This document shows positions 1-8,901 of a DNA stretch of 64,000 bases, one piece after another. The translations under genes and the position numbers were made by a program. Under the pieces are notes generated by a model that did not search any database, was not told the origin of the DNA, and worked only from the letters and a program-made list of their open reading frames with translations. This stretch comes from Dehalococcoidia bacterium. Lineage in GTDB: Bacteria > Chloroflexota > Dehalococcoidia > Lucifugimonadales > SAR202-VII-2. Every line of letters begins with the position of its first letter. Within the stretch, counting starts at the first letter, position 1. The stretch lies in NCBI GenBank assembly GCA_965263165.1, contig OZ253584.1, forward strand, positions 1,013,785 to 1,077,784, in the 5' to 3' direction.

Positions 1-813
1 TGTCAGGAAGAAGGCGGCCACCACCGCCACACCGGCAGCCGCGAGACGCGCGGCCATGGGGCCGGGCGCGCCGGTCAGCAGGTTCCGCCAGGCATAGCGA
101 CCGCCGCCCTGGTGGACCAGGGCCATCACGTGCGCTAGCGCTAGGGGCAGCAGCAGTGGGCTGGCGCTGGCCTTCGACGCCAGCGCCAGCCCAAGGAATG
201 CCCCCGCGCAGAGCGAGTGCCGCCAGCCTCCTCCGCTGGCCACCCTGACCATGAAGTAGACCGAGGCCACGACGAAAAAGGTGAGGAACGTGTCCACGGT
301 GTAGAAGTGGCTGAGTTGGATGTGCAGGACGGCCAACGACGTCAGCAACCCCGCCAGCAGACCCACCCTGCGCCCGAAGAAGCGGGCTCCCAGCAGATAG
401 ATGAACAGCACCGCGCCCACGTCGGCGAGAGCGGACAGGACGCGGCCCACCAGTCGCAGCTCGAAGATGCCCCAGTCGGAGAAGGGTGAAGGCCCTATCG
501 TCAGCGCCTTCACCATGTACATGGGAAGGCTGCCGTAGGGGAACCATCCAGGATTCAGGGGGCTTTCTTCGGCGTCCAGGAGCGAGTCAAGTTCGGAGAG
601 AGGAGGAAACTCGAGTTCGCCAACCTGTATGAGGATGGCCCTCTCGTCCGGGTGGTACAGCGCCCCCTGGTCCCAGTCGATGCCGTAGAGCCGCACGCCC
701 AGCGCCAGGAAGAGGATGAGCATTGGCATGGCCACCCAAACGAGCTTGCGAAGCCGCCCTTGGAGTGGGGCCGGGGTTGAGGCGGGGGGCAAATGTGGCT
801 CGGGGGATTGCAT
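1..813 (-). CDS. GT-C fold glycosyltransferase (PMT/ArnT-like, family 39), partial; runs off the left edge
   Basis: Hand translation, absent from the ORF track: MQSPEP...LVWVAMPMLILFLALGVRLYGIDWDQGALYHPDERAI...WFPYGSLPMY...GRVLSALAD...HIQLSHFYTVD...GLALASK. Multi-TM protein with the HPDE loop typical of GT-C mannosyltransferases. Confidence 0.8.
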   Translation of the reverse strand, partial: MQSPEPHLPPASTPAPLQGRLRKLVWVAMPMLILFLALGVRLYGIDWDQGALYHPDERAILIQVGELEFPPLSELDSLLDAEESPLNPGWFPYGSLPMYMVKALTIGPSPFSDWGIFELRLVGRVLSALADVGAVLFIYLLGARFFGRRVGLLAGLLTSLAVLHIQLSHFYTVDTFLTFFVVASVYFMVRVASGGGWRHSLCAGAFLGLALASKASASPLLLPLALAHVMALVHQGGGRYAWRNLLTGAPGPMAARLAAAGVAVVAAFFLT

Positions 814-921
814 GCAGGGTTGCCGTGGGCAGGTCTCTCAAAGGAGTGCGATAGGCCGCCCACCGTTCGGCGCAGGCCTCTGTCATTGTACAACGCCCTA
901 TCGCGCCGGCGGCGCGGGTCT

Positions 922-950
922 TTGCCGGGGCGAGGGCTGGGTTGTACGAT
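922..950 (+). promoter_or_regulatory. Possible sigma70-type promoter for hpf
   Basis: TTGCCG (922-927), 17-nt spacer, TACGAT (945-950), about 55 nt upstream of the hpf ATG. Confidence 0.35.
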
Positions 951-1003
951 GGATGGGTCTTCCTCACCAAACCCACATTCCCCGACCATCGTCAGGAGTC
1001 AGC

Positions 1004-1576
1004 ATGGAGTTACGCATTCAGGGGCGAAACGTCAGCATCACCCCCCAGCTCGAAGGCTATGTGGAGAAGAGACTGAAAAAACTGGAGCGCCACCTTCCCA
1101 GGGTGACCGACGTGGGCGTGGAGGTCCGCTGGCAGGAAACGCGCTCCGCGTCCGACAGGGCCTCGGTGGAGGTGACGGTGAACGTGGATGGCGCAATCCT
1201 GCGGGGCGAACAGCGAGGCGCCACCATTGAGGCGGCCACAGACCAGGTGGCGGACGTCCTGGACCGCAAGCTACAGCGCTACAAGGGACGCTCCTGTCGG
1301 AGCGAGCAGGCCAAGAAGGCAGGTCACGCCCCCAGCATCGCAGAGGCCGAGGCGGCCGCTGCTCACGAGGCGCTGGAGGCGGAGGCCGAGGAGTCGGTGG
1401 GTGTGGTGCGGGTCAAGCAGTTCGCCATGAAACCCATCACTGTTGAAGAGGCCATCGAGCAGATGGAGGCGCTGGGGCACAGCTTCTTCATGTTCCTCGA
1501 TGGGGACGCGCAAAGCCACAGAGTCGTGTACCGCCGACAGGACGGCGGCTACGGCGTGATCCAGCCCCGCAGCTAG
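1004..1576 (+). CDS. hpf: Ribosome hibernation promoting factor, long form (HPF/RaiA)
   Basis: MELRIQGRNVSITPQLEGYVEKRLKKLERHL... with C-terminal RVKQFAMKPITVEEAIEQMEALGHSFFMF...VVYRRQDGGYGVI; RBS AGGAG upstream. Confidence 0.95.
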   Translation: MELRIQGRNVSITPQLEGYVEKRLKKLERHLPRVTDVGVEVRWQETRSASDRASVEVTVNVDGAILRGEQRGATIEAATDQVADVLDRKLQRYKGRSCRSEQAKKAGHAPSIAEAEAAAAHEALEAEAEESVGVVRVKQFAMKPITVEEAIEQMEALGHSFFMFLDGDAQSHRVVYRRQDGGYGVIQPRS

Positions 1577-1848
1577 CGGTATTTCTCGTAGGGGTTGGCG
1601 CCGGTTCTGCAATTGCAGCTAAATCCTCCGTCGGGATCGCCAAGGCGATGTTGACGTTGTTGCTGCCGTCGCTTGTCACCCCATCAAGAATGAGTTGCAA
1701 CACCTCCCGGCGCTTCTTTCCCAACCCCCGCCTACCCGAGCCTGAATAGCTGCCCAATTTGTCCCGGCTTGCAGAGTGGGATACACTGCGGCAGGCTGCG
1801 AAGGTAGGCCGCAAACCTTCATTACGCCCAAATCCAGGAGGAAACTGA

Positions 1849-3012
1849 ATGGCGGACGCCCCCTTGTTCCCCGTAACGGTCGTTGGAAGTTGGCCCCGCT
1901 CCACCGAGCTGGTTCGGGCCCTGCGTCGCAAGGAAGCCGGCGAAATCACCCTGGATGATTTCAACTCCGTGGCCGACGGCGAAGTGTTGGCCTGCATCCG
2001 GGCGCAGGAAGAGGCCGGGGTGAACATCATAAGCGACGGGGAGCAGCGCCGGGACAACTTCTACTCCTTCGCCGTGGACAAGCTGACCGGAATGCGGTTG
2101 ATGAAGGTCTCGGAGCTGCTGGACTACTCCCGGGACCGAGCCCGGATGGAAGAAATGCTGCGGGCCCTCGACGTGCCATCCTTTGCCATCAAGAGCCCCA
2201 TCGTGGTTGACCGCCTTGGGAAACGGCAGGGCCTGGCCCTTGATGAATTGGCCTTCATGCGAGAACACACGGATCGGCAAATTAAGATTCCTCTGCCCGG
2301 CCCCTATATGCTGACCCGCTCCAGCTGGTTCGAAGGTCTCTCCGACCGGGTGTACCCTGATCCCGAAGACCTGGCCGCCGATGTGGTGGCCATCCTCCGG
2401 GAAGAGATAATCGCCCTACGGGACCAGGGCTGCGATTTCGTTCAGTTGGACGAGCCCATCCTCAGCCAGGTGGTGTTTGGCGAGGAAAACACCGAGACCT
2501 TCATGTGCGCCGCTCTGCCCAACCGCCGGGATCCGACCGACGAACTGGAGTTCGCGGTGCGCCTGATGAACCAGACCACGGAGGGAATCACCGGAATCAA
2601 GACCGGGGTCCACATCTGCCGCGGCAACTGGAGCCGGCGGGAAGACGTGCTGCTCACCGGCAACTACGGGCCGATGCTGCCCTACCTTACCCAAATGAAC
2701 ATTGACCAACTGGTGCTGGAATGCGCCACGCCCAGGGCTGGAGAGATGGAGGTCTTCAAGGAATACGGCAACGAGCAGGAAATCGGCTTCGGAGTGGTGA
2801 ATCCCCGGACCGACGACATCGAACCGCCGGAGCAGATTGTCGCCAGAGTCAAGGAGCTTCTGCAATACTTCGACCCGGACAAAATCTACCTCAACCCCGA
2901 CTGCGGCTTTGGCACCTTCGCCGAAAGAAACGTCAACACCCACGAGATCGCCTTCAAGAAAATGCAGGTAATCGCCCGAGCCGCCGAACAGCTCAGGGCG
3001 GAATATCAGTAG
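1849..3012 (+). CDS. Cobalamin-independent methionine synthase II family protein (MetE C-terminal catalytic core only)
   Basis: VVGSWPRS, ISDGEQRR, VQLDEP, Zn-ligand motifs HICRGN and NPDCGFG; 387 aa, with no N-terminal folate-binding barrel. Confidence 0.9.
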   Translation: MADAPLFPVTVVGSWPRSTELVRALRRKEAGEITLDDFNSVADGEVLACIRAQEEAGVNIISDGEQRRDNFYSFAVDKLTGMRLMKVSELLDYSRDRARMEEMLRALDVPSFAIKSPIVVDRLGKRQGLALDELAFMREHTDRQIKIPLPGPYMLTRSSWFEGLSDRVYPDPEDLAADVVAILREEIIALRDQGCDFVQLDEPILSQVVFGEENTETFMCAALPNRRDPTDELEFAVRLMNQTTEGITGIKTGVHICRGNWSRREDVLLTGNYGPMLPYLTQMNIDQLVLECATPRAGEMEVFKEYGNEQEIGFGVVNPRTDDIEPPEQIVARVKELLQYFDPDKIYLNPDCGFGTFAERNVNTHEIAFKKMQVIARAAEQLRAEYQ

Positions 3013-3067
3013 CGCCAGATTTCACGGTTTTCGCCGCATAGAACCAATTGGCACTAAGGAGTTGGAA

Positions 3068-3601
3068 ATGGCAGAAGAAAGAGACCTTAACGGACTGCCT
3101 CGGGAGAAACTGGTCGAAGTCTTGGATTCCTTTCGGGACCCGGAGGTTTTCAATGCGGTAACTGGGCCTTGGAAGTCGCGGGTGGTCTGGCAGGACGGGA
3201 TGCGGGCGCGGGCCTACATGCGGAACCATCAGGTTGACATGGACGAGCCCGGCGACCTGACCGCCACTGACGTCGCCGCCAGCGCCCACGAGCAGCTGCT
3301 GTCGGCCATTGGCAGCTGCATGACCGTGGGCTTCGTGGTCAACGCCACCAAGCAGGGAGTCCGCATCCATGACCTAGAGGTGGCCGTCGAAGGGTATTTC
3401 GACAACATCCGCAAATGGGCCGGGGTTGAGGACGAGGGAAACCCGGGTTACGGCAGGATTTCGGCCAAGTGCTTCGTGCGCGCCGACGCCGACGAGGAAA
3501 CCCTGCGGGAAATCTGGCGTTTGGCGGTGGAGGGTTCCCCGGTCACCCAGTCGGTAGCCAACCCAACCGCGGTCGAGACCGACTTTGAAATGGTCGGTTG
3601 A
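3068..3601 (+). CDS. OsmC/Ohr-like family protein
   Basis: MDEPGDLTATDVAASAHEQLLSAIGSC...GVRIHDLEVAVEG...SPVTQSVANP pattern of OsmC-like proteins; its stop overlaps the next ATG. Confidence 0.75.
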   Translation: MAEERDLNGLPREKLVEVLDSFRDPEVFNAVTGPWKSRVVWQDGMRARAYMRNHQVDMDEPGDLTATDVAASAHEQLLSAIGSCMTVGFVVNATKQGVRIHDLEVAVEGYFDNIRKWAGVEDEGNPGYGRISAKCFVRADADEETLREIWRLAVEGSPVTQSVANPTAVETDFEMVG

Positions 3602-4374
3602 TGGCCACCTTCGTTTCCGCGGATTGGGTCTCTGATCATATCGGACGGCCGGGACACTTGATAATTGACCCCCGGTCGGCCATGCGTTACATGATGGGTC
3701 ACTTGAGAGGGGCGGTCAGCGTTCCTTTCAAGAAGCTGCAGGGCCCGGACGGACGTCTAGGCCAGCCGGATCAGCTTGCCGCCGCCTTTGGCGAAGCAGG
3801 GCTGGGCGACGGCATAACCCCGGTGCTTTACGACCATCAGGATGGCCGCAATGCCGCCATGGTAGCTTGGGTCTTGGAATACCTGGGCCGCGGCGACGTT
3901 CACATCATGGACCTGCTCTACGACGCCTGGAAGGACCAGGGCCGGGAGGTCCTCTACCGGCCCGTCCCAACCGAGGCAAAACTCTTTTCGCCGCGCCTCA
4001 ACCCGTCGGTGCGAGCTACTATGAACGACGTGGCCAATCCCGGCGGTACGAGACTCTTGGATACCCGCTCCCCGGAGGAGTTTCGCGGCCAAACGGAAAT
4101 GGACCATTGCCCCGGGCACATTCCCGGCGCCGTGAATCTTCCCCACTCAGAAATGGCCGGCGCCGATGGGAAACTGCTCATTGAGCCGGATCTGCTGCGC
4201 CAGCGGCTGGCAGCCGCCGGCATCACGCCCCGCGATCCGGTGGTGGCCTACTGCCGCAGCGGAGTCCGGGCCTCACTAGCGTACCTGTCTATGCAGGAGG
4301 CCGGGTACACCGTCCGCCTCTATGACGGCTCCTACGCAGAATGGATGGACAGCGGTCATCCTGTGGAAAGCTAA
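3601..4374 (+). CDS. Tandem-domain rhodanese / sulfurtransferase
   Basis: LLDTRSPEEF, GHIPGAVN, active-site loop YCRSGVRA, C-terminal LYDGSYAEW. Confidence 0.92.
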   Translation: MATFVSADWVSDHIGRPGHLIIDPRSAMRYMMGHLRGAVSVPFKKLQGPDGRLGQPDQLAAAFGEAGLGDGITPVLYDHQDGRNAAMVAWVLEYLGRGDVHIMDLLYDAWKDQGREVLYRPVPTEAKLFSPRLNPSVRATMNDVANPGGTRLLDTRSPEEFRGQTEMDHCPGHIPGAVNLPHSEMAGADGKLLIEPDLLRQRLAAAGITPRDPVVAYCRSGVRASLAYLSMQEAGYTVRLYDGSYAEWMDSGHPVES

Positions 4375-4450
4375 CTTCCCCAATCTGACCCCTTTCCTCC
4401 TCAGGGAACCGGAGAAATTCCCGGACCCGGCACCCACCCAGACCCAGGTG

Positions 4451-5086
4451 CTAGTCCTTCCCCCGCTGCAGTATCGGCTGTCTCGTCATGCCCCAGAGGG
4501 GCGTACCGTTCGGTAACGTCGACTCCGCCGTCACCCGGAAGCCGAATCGCTTGTAGTAGCCGAGGTTGTCCGGCGCTGACGTGTCGAGGAATGCGGGCAG
4601 CGCGTCGTCATCTATACGTGGAAGCATGTGGTTGATGAGGGCGCTCCCCAAGCCGGTGCGCTGCGTCGAAGGATCGACGCCGATGCCGTTCAGGCGCCAG
4701 CGCGGGCCAGGCCACTTCAGCGCGGCGAGCAGGGGGCCCAGGGCCTGCCGCCGCCGCCAGGCCGGGATGCCGAGCCGGATGGGCGCAGCCCAGAGGCCGG
4801 ACCGCAACTGTATCAGAGCGCTGTGCTTGCGATGTTCCGGTGACCCCCAGATAGTAACGCCCAGCACTGCATTGCCGGACCCACCATGGGCGACGTACAC
4901 GGCTCCGCCGGAGTGGAGGCAGGCGCGGATGGTTGCCCCCCAGACCCAGGGCAGCCTCGTGTGCCGCTGAGCGTCGTTCGGCAGGAGGAACGTGTAGCGG
5001 GGAGCATTCGCGAAGGCGTTAGCCATGACGCGCGCGGCGGAAGGGATCTGGTCCGGGCGTATCGGGGAGATGAGGGGCTCAGACAT
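4451..5086 (-). CDS. GNAT family N-acetyltransferase
   Basis: Acetyl-CoA motif LNGIGVDPSTQRTGLGSAL and C-terminal NLGYYKRFGF. Confidence 0.85.
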   Translation of the reverse strand: MSEPLISPIRPDQIPSAARVMANAFANAPRYTFLLPNDAQRHTRLPWVWGATIRACLHSGGAVYVAHGGSGNAVLGVTIWGSPEHRKHSALIQLRSGLWAAPIRLGIPAWRRRQALGPLLAALKWPGPRWRLNGIGVDPSTQRTGLGSALINHMLPRIDDDALPAFLDTSAPDNLGYYKRFGFRVTAESTLPNGTPLWGMTRQPILQRGKD

Positions 5087-5205
5087 GGCACATACCGGTC
5101 TTCCTCAACGCCGAGTCATGAATACGCTAGCGTTGGTGGGCCAAAGGAGACTGTACTGCAAACTCTGTTGCGCGTCCCCCATCCTAACCTTCCTGCCCCG
5201 AGTAC

Positions 5206-6422
5206 GAGACCTTTGCGTAATCCCCATTGATGCGCCGTTTGGTTGGAATGAGGGTTCTGGCGGGGATTGGGGGGCCTGATGGCGGCCTGCGGCCTGGCTC
5301 TCCTCCCCGGTCTCCCTGACTTCTCAGGGCTTCCCGGGCGCTTCCATCCCCGGCGGGCACACGCCGCCCCCGGCGGTCAGGCGGCATCCAGCAGAAGACG
5401 GTCCGCCCGCCGCAGGTTGTATGCCGCACACTTGAAGAACAGCTCCGTGGCGTTCCGCGCTAGCCCCATGTACCGCACCCGCCGGTAGCCGTAGGTCCGC
5501 TTCAGCGTCCCAAACACCTTCTCCACCGCCGACCGCTGCTGTGCTATCAGTGCGTTCCGCCGCTGCTCCCACGGCGGCAGCACCGGATGATGCTTGTCCG
5601 CCCGCCGCATGATCCGGTCCTTGATGCCCAGGGACTTGAGCCAGGCACTCCGCTGCTTCGACCCGTAGGCCTTGTCCGCATACACCGCCGCCTCATCTCC
5701 CCTCACCAACGCCTCCGCCACTTCCGTATCGTTCACGTTGGCCGGCGTCAGCACCGCCTCCCGGATCAGCCCTGACCCTGCATCCACCCCCACGTGCGCC
5801 TTGTAGCCGAACTGCGACACCCCCCGCTGGCGCGTGAACCGCGCATCGGGGTCGGTCTCGCTCGGCGCTCCCGGCCGCCTCCCTCGCAGCGAAGGACGCT
5901 TCGCCTGCGCCTCCACGATGGTCGCATCGAGGAGCGTCCCCTTCTTCACGAAGAGGTTGCGCTGCGCCAATTGCCGGTCCATCTCCTTGAACAGTCGCAG
6001 GGCCAAACCCCGCTCCGTCACTTCCCTGCGGAAGCGGCTGATCGTCGAGTGGTCGGGGACGGCGTCCTCCAGGCCAAGCCCCACGAACCGCTTGAACGAG
6101 ACCCGGTCCCACAGCGCTTCCTCGATCGCTTCGTCGGAAGCGTCATACCACTGCTGGAGCACCATGACCTTGACCATCACCACCGGCGGATAGCTCGGAC
6201 GGCCTGACGGGGCGGCATAGATGCCCTTGACCACGTTGGCCAACTTCTTCCAGTCCAGCATCGCCTCGAGCCGCTCCAACTTCCCGTTCCGTCCGACTCG
6301 GTCCGGGAGAAGCACCTCAATGAACGACTGTCCACGTATCGTTCGGTGCATGGCTTCCCCTCCTTGGCGTTGGCTCTCCGTGCTGATTGTGCCTGACCAG
6401 AAAGAGGTTATGCAAAGGTCTC
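5206..6422 (-). mobile_element. IS5-family insertion sequence, intact, 1217 bp
   Basis: Terminal IRs GAGACCTTTGCGTAATCCC and GAGACCTTTGCATAACCTC (right end read inward); 4-bp target duplication GTAC at 5202-5205 and 6423-6426; one transposase gene. Confidence 0.93.
5377..6351 (-). CDS. IS5-family DDE transposase
   Basis: GRPSYP, PDHSTISRFR, LLDATIV, FGYKAHVGVD, YADKAYG, RSAVEKVFGTLK motifs. Confidence 0.95.
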   Translation of the reverse strand: MHRTIRGQSFIEVLLPDRVGRNGKLERLEAMLDWKKLANVVKGIYAAPSGRPSYPPVVMVKVMVLQQWYDASDEAIEEALWDRVSFKRFVGLGLEDAVPDHSTISRFRREVTERGLALRLFKEMDRQLAQRNLFVKKGTLLDATIVEAQAKRPSLRGRRPGAPSETDPDARFTRQRGVSQFGYKAHVGVDAGSGLIREAVLTPANVNDTEVAEALVRGDEAAVYADKAYGSKQRSAWLKSLGIKDRIMRRADKHHPVLPPWEQRRNALIAQQRSAVEKVFGTLKRTYGYRRVRYMGLARNATELFFKCAAYNLRRADRLLLDAA

Positions 6423-6704
6423 GTACTCGGGGGCAGGAAGGGGAGGATGCTCACGCCGCGCGCTTGAAGCAACGTCCATGGGAAATATACCGGGGAACCT
6501 CTGAACAAGCCGCCAGCGCGACCATCTTCCCTAGCTGACTATGCCGCAGGCCACGGACTTACTCAGGGCATCCCTGGCGCACGGTTGGCAGTCTGCACGA
6601 TTGACAGCCCAAGGGCGCCCAAGTAGAGTCCCTTCGTTGAACGGGGAAGAAGAACGAGGGAATTGGCGCTAGGGAAGAACCTGGGGAGAATGAGGAGGAG
6701 TATC

Positions 6705-7829
6705 ATGCCCGGAGTTGTCGACGCCGACACGCATATCATTGAGCCGAGCGCGATTTGGGAAAGCATCGACGAGGGCATGTGGCCCCGCCGTCCCGTGCAA
6801 ATCAAAGTCCCCGGAGACACCGTCTACGGCAAGTCCAACGCCTTCTGGCTGATAGACGGGAATATCTTTCCGCGGCCTGCGGGCAAGGGCGGGTTCGGGC
6901 TGCACACTCCTTCAGGGGCGGACAGAGAGATCGAGCGCAAGGACATCCACATGGGCTCGCGCGAGATGACCGACGTGGCGGTCCGTCTGCAGGACATGGA
7001 CGCTCGCGGCGTGGACATCCAGGTGGTGTACCCCACCCTCTTCCTCATCTACATCACCGACGACGTTGACCTAGAGGTCTCGCTGTGCCGAGCCTACAAC
7101 GACTTCATGGGCAGGGCCAGTAACGAGTCCGGCGGCCGCATCAGGTGGGTCGTGATCCCGCCCCTCCACTCCATTGACGACTCCATCCAGGAGATTCGAA
7201 AGGGCAAGGAGGACGGGGCGGTTGGCGTTTTCTTCCGGGGCATCGAGGGGGAGAGGTCCGTAGCGGACCCCTACTTCTACCCGATCTATGAAGAGGCGAA
7301 CAGCTTGGACATCCCCATTACTATCCATACGGGGGCCGGTTCCAGGGCAATCTCCAGTGCGTTCGACTTCGACCTGAGCACGCCGTTTGCCCACGTGCGC
7401 ATGATTCCCCTGATGGCTTTCAGGGACATCGTTGGCAACAAAATCCCTGAGAAGTTCCCAGGCCTCCGCTTTGCCTTCGTGGAGGCGGCGGCTTCCTGGG
7501 TGCCCTATATGCTGCACGTCCTGCGGCGCTTCGCCCGCGCCACCATCCAGCTTTCCGGCTCAGGGCCGGACAGGGCGGACAACGGCTGGGGGCCGCAGCT
7601 CTTCCAAGATTACAACCTCTACGTCGCCTGCGAAGCCGACGAGAACCTACCGGTGCTGCTCCAGTACACCGGCGGCGACAATATGATCATCGGGTCGGAC
7701 TACGGACACCAGGACCCCTCGGAGGAAGCGCAGTTGGTAAGGACGTTCCGTGCCCGCACCGACGTGCCCGCCGAGGCCGTCGAGCGCATCCTCTGCGACA
7801 ACCCTCACCGCCTGTACGGCCTGTCCTAA
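6705..7829 (+). CDS. Amidohydrolase_2 family metallohydrolase/decarboxylase
   Basis: VDADTHIIEP, DMDARGVDIQVVYPT, ITIHTG, FVEAAASW, IGSDYGH motifs; RBS AGGAGGAG. Confidence 0.88.
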   Translation: MPGVVDADTHIIEPSAIWESIDEGMWPRRPVQIKVPGDTVYGKSNAFWLIDGNIFPRPAGKGGFGLHTPSGADREIERKDIHMGSREMTDVAVRLQDMDARGVDIQVVYPTLFLIYITDDVDLEVSLCRAYNDFMGRASNESGGRIRWVVIPPLHSIDDSIQEIRKGKEDGAVGVFFRGIEGERSVADPYFYPIYEEANSLDIPITIHTGAGSRAISSAFDFDLSTPFAHVRMIPLMAFRDIVGNKIPEKFPGLRFAFVEAAASWVPYMLHVLRRFARATIQLSGSGPDRADNGWGPQLFQDYNLYVACEADENLPVLLQYTGGDNMIIGSDYGHQDPSEEAQLVRTFRARTDVPAEAVERILCDNPHRLYGLS

Positions 7830-7841
7830 GTACGGCGAGGG

Positions 7842-8807
7842 CTATGCCGCTCCTGCGTTCGCCAGCGCCTGCTGCACGACGTCCACGCCCACCGTCTCCG
7901 TGAAGGCAGCCAGCAGGCGGTTCGTGATGGGTCCTGGGAAAGGCCCCGGAACGGGAACCCGGTCCACCATCGAGATGGGTTCGATGAAGGGGCTGGCGGC
8001 GGTCAGGAAGACCTCTTCGGCGTTGTAGAGGTCGTGGACGTCAAGGTCGTCTTCCACCACCTCAATGCCCAAGCCGCGGGCTAGGTCCATGAGCGTGGAG
8101 CGGCTGACGCCCGGCAGGATGGTGCGCCGTTTGGAGGTCAGAAGCCGTCCCTGGTCCACCATGAAGAAGTTGGCGCGCGACGCCTCGGCGATGCACCCCC
8201 GCATATCCAGCATCAGGGCGATGGCTCCCGGCTCCGCTCGCTGCGCCTCGAGGTCGGCCATGGCGTGAGCCAGCTTGTTGTGCAGCTTGGACTTCACGTC
8301 CACGCTCTGGGGGTCGTCGACGCGGATGCGGGATGTCAGCAGGTGACCCCCTTCCAGATAGTGCTTGGCCATGGACTTCCAACGAATGGGGTCGTTGTGG
8401 AGCAGGACGGTGGGCCTGGGGGTGGGGCCGTCCGGGGTGGGGGCCACAACGCCGTCACCGCGGGTGATGCGCCAGACCATGCGAAAGTCGTCAGAGGGCC
8501 CCAAGAGATGGAGGTTGCTCTTGGTTACTTCGATGCTGAGATCCATCATCTCGCTCTGCGACATCTGCGGGTCTATGCGTAGATAGCGCAGCGACCGGTA
8601 CAGACGGTCGATATGTTCCTCGTATTGGTAGGGCTTGTGGGCGTAGGTGCGGGCCACATCGTAGGCGGCGTCTCCATAGAGGAAGCCGCGGTCATAGATG
8701 GAGATGGCGGCGTTGCACTCCTTGATGAACTCCCCGCTCAGGTAGGCGGTGCGCTCGGTATAGGTGGCGTCGCCCCTGGCGATGGCTGCGGCGGTTGCCT
8801 GTGTCAT
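7842..8807 (-). CDS. Class IV PLP aminotransferase (IlvE/D-amino acid aminotransferase-like)
   Basis: DRGFLYGD, EEHIDRLYRS, PLP lysine in VKSKLHN, EASRANFF, ILPGVSR. Confidence 0.9.
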   Translation of the reverse strand: MTQATAAAIARGDATYTERTAYLSGEFIKECNAAISIYDRGFLYGDAAYDVARTYAHKPYQYEEHIDRLYRSLRYLRIDPQMSQSEMMDLSIEVTKSNLHLLGPSDDFRMVWRITRGDGVVAPTPDGPTPRPTVLLHNDPIRWKSMAKHYLEGGHLLTSRIRVDDPQSVDVKSKLHNKLAHAMADLEAQRAEPGAIALMLDMRGCIAEASRANFFMVDQGRLLTSKRRTILPGVSRSTLMDLARGLGIEVVEDDLDVHDLYNAEEVFLTAASPFIEPISMVDRVPVPGPFPGPITNRLLAAFTETVGVDVVQQALANAGAA

Positions 8808-8901
8808 GAGCCTCCTCCTTGGTGCCTTCCCGCTTCACGACGCTGTGCAGCATGCCGGCGTTTCCCCGTCGCGGCATACGTCAGGTCTGCTCTCCCGTCC
8901 C

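Larger units (their letters stand above)
5180..6449. repeat. REP-like imperfect palindrome (arms 5180-5205 and 6423-6449) split by IS5
   Basis: Left CATCCTAACCTTCCTGCCCCGAGTAC; right GTACTCGGGGGCAGGAAGGGGAGGATG. Near reverse complements (one extra G, two mismatches). Confidence 0.8.

Noticed and set aside
1577-1848. SAM or cobalamin riboswitch upstream of the MetE-like gene
   Set aside because: The ATCAAGA resemblance is not followed by the conserved SAM-I core, and no B12 box was found.
6490-6510. GGAACCTCTGAACAA as an orphan IS end
   Set aside because: No partner repeat or transposase remnant was found.
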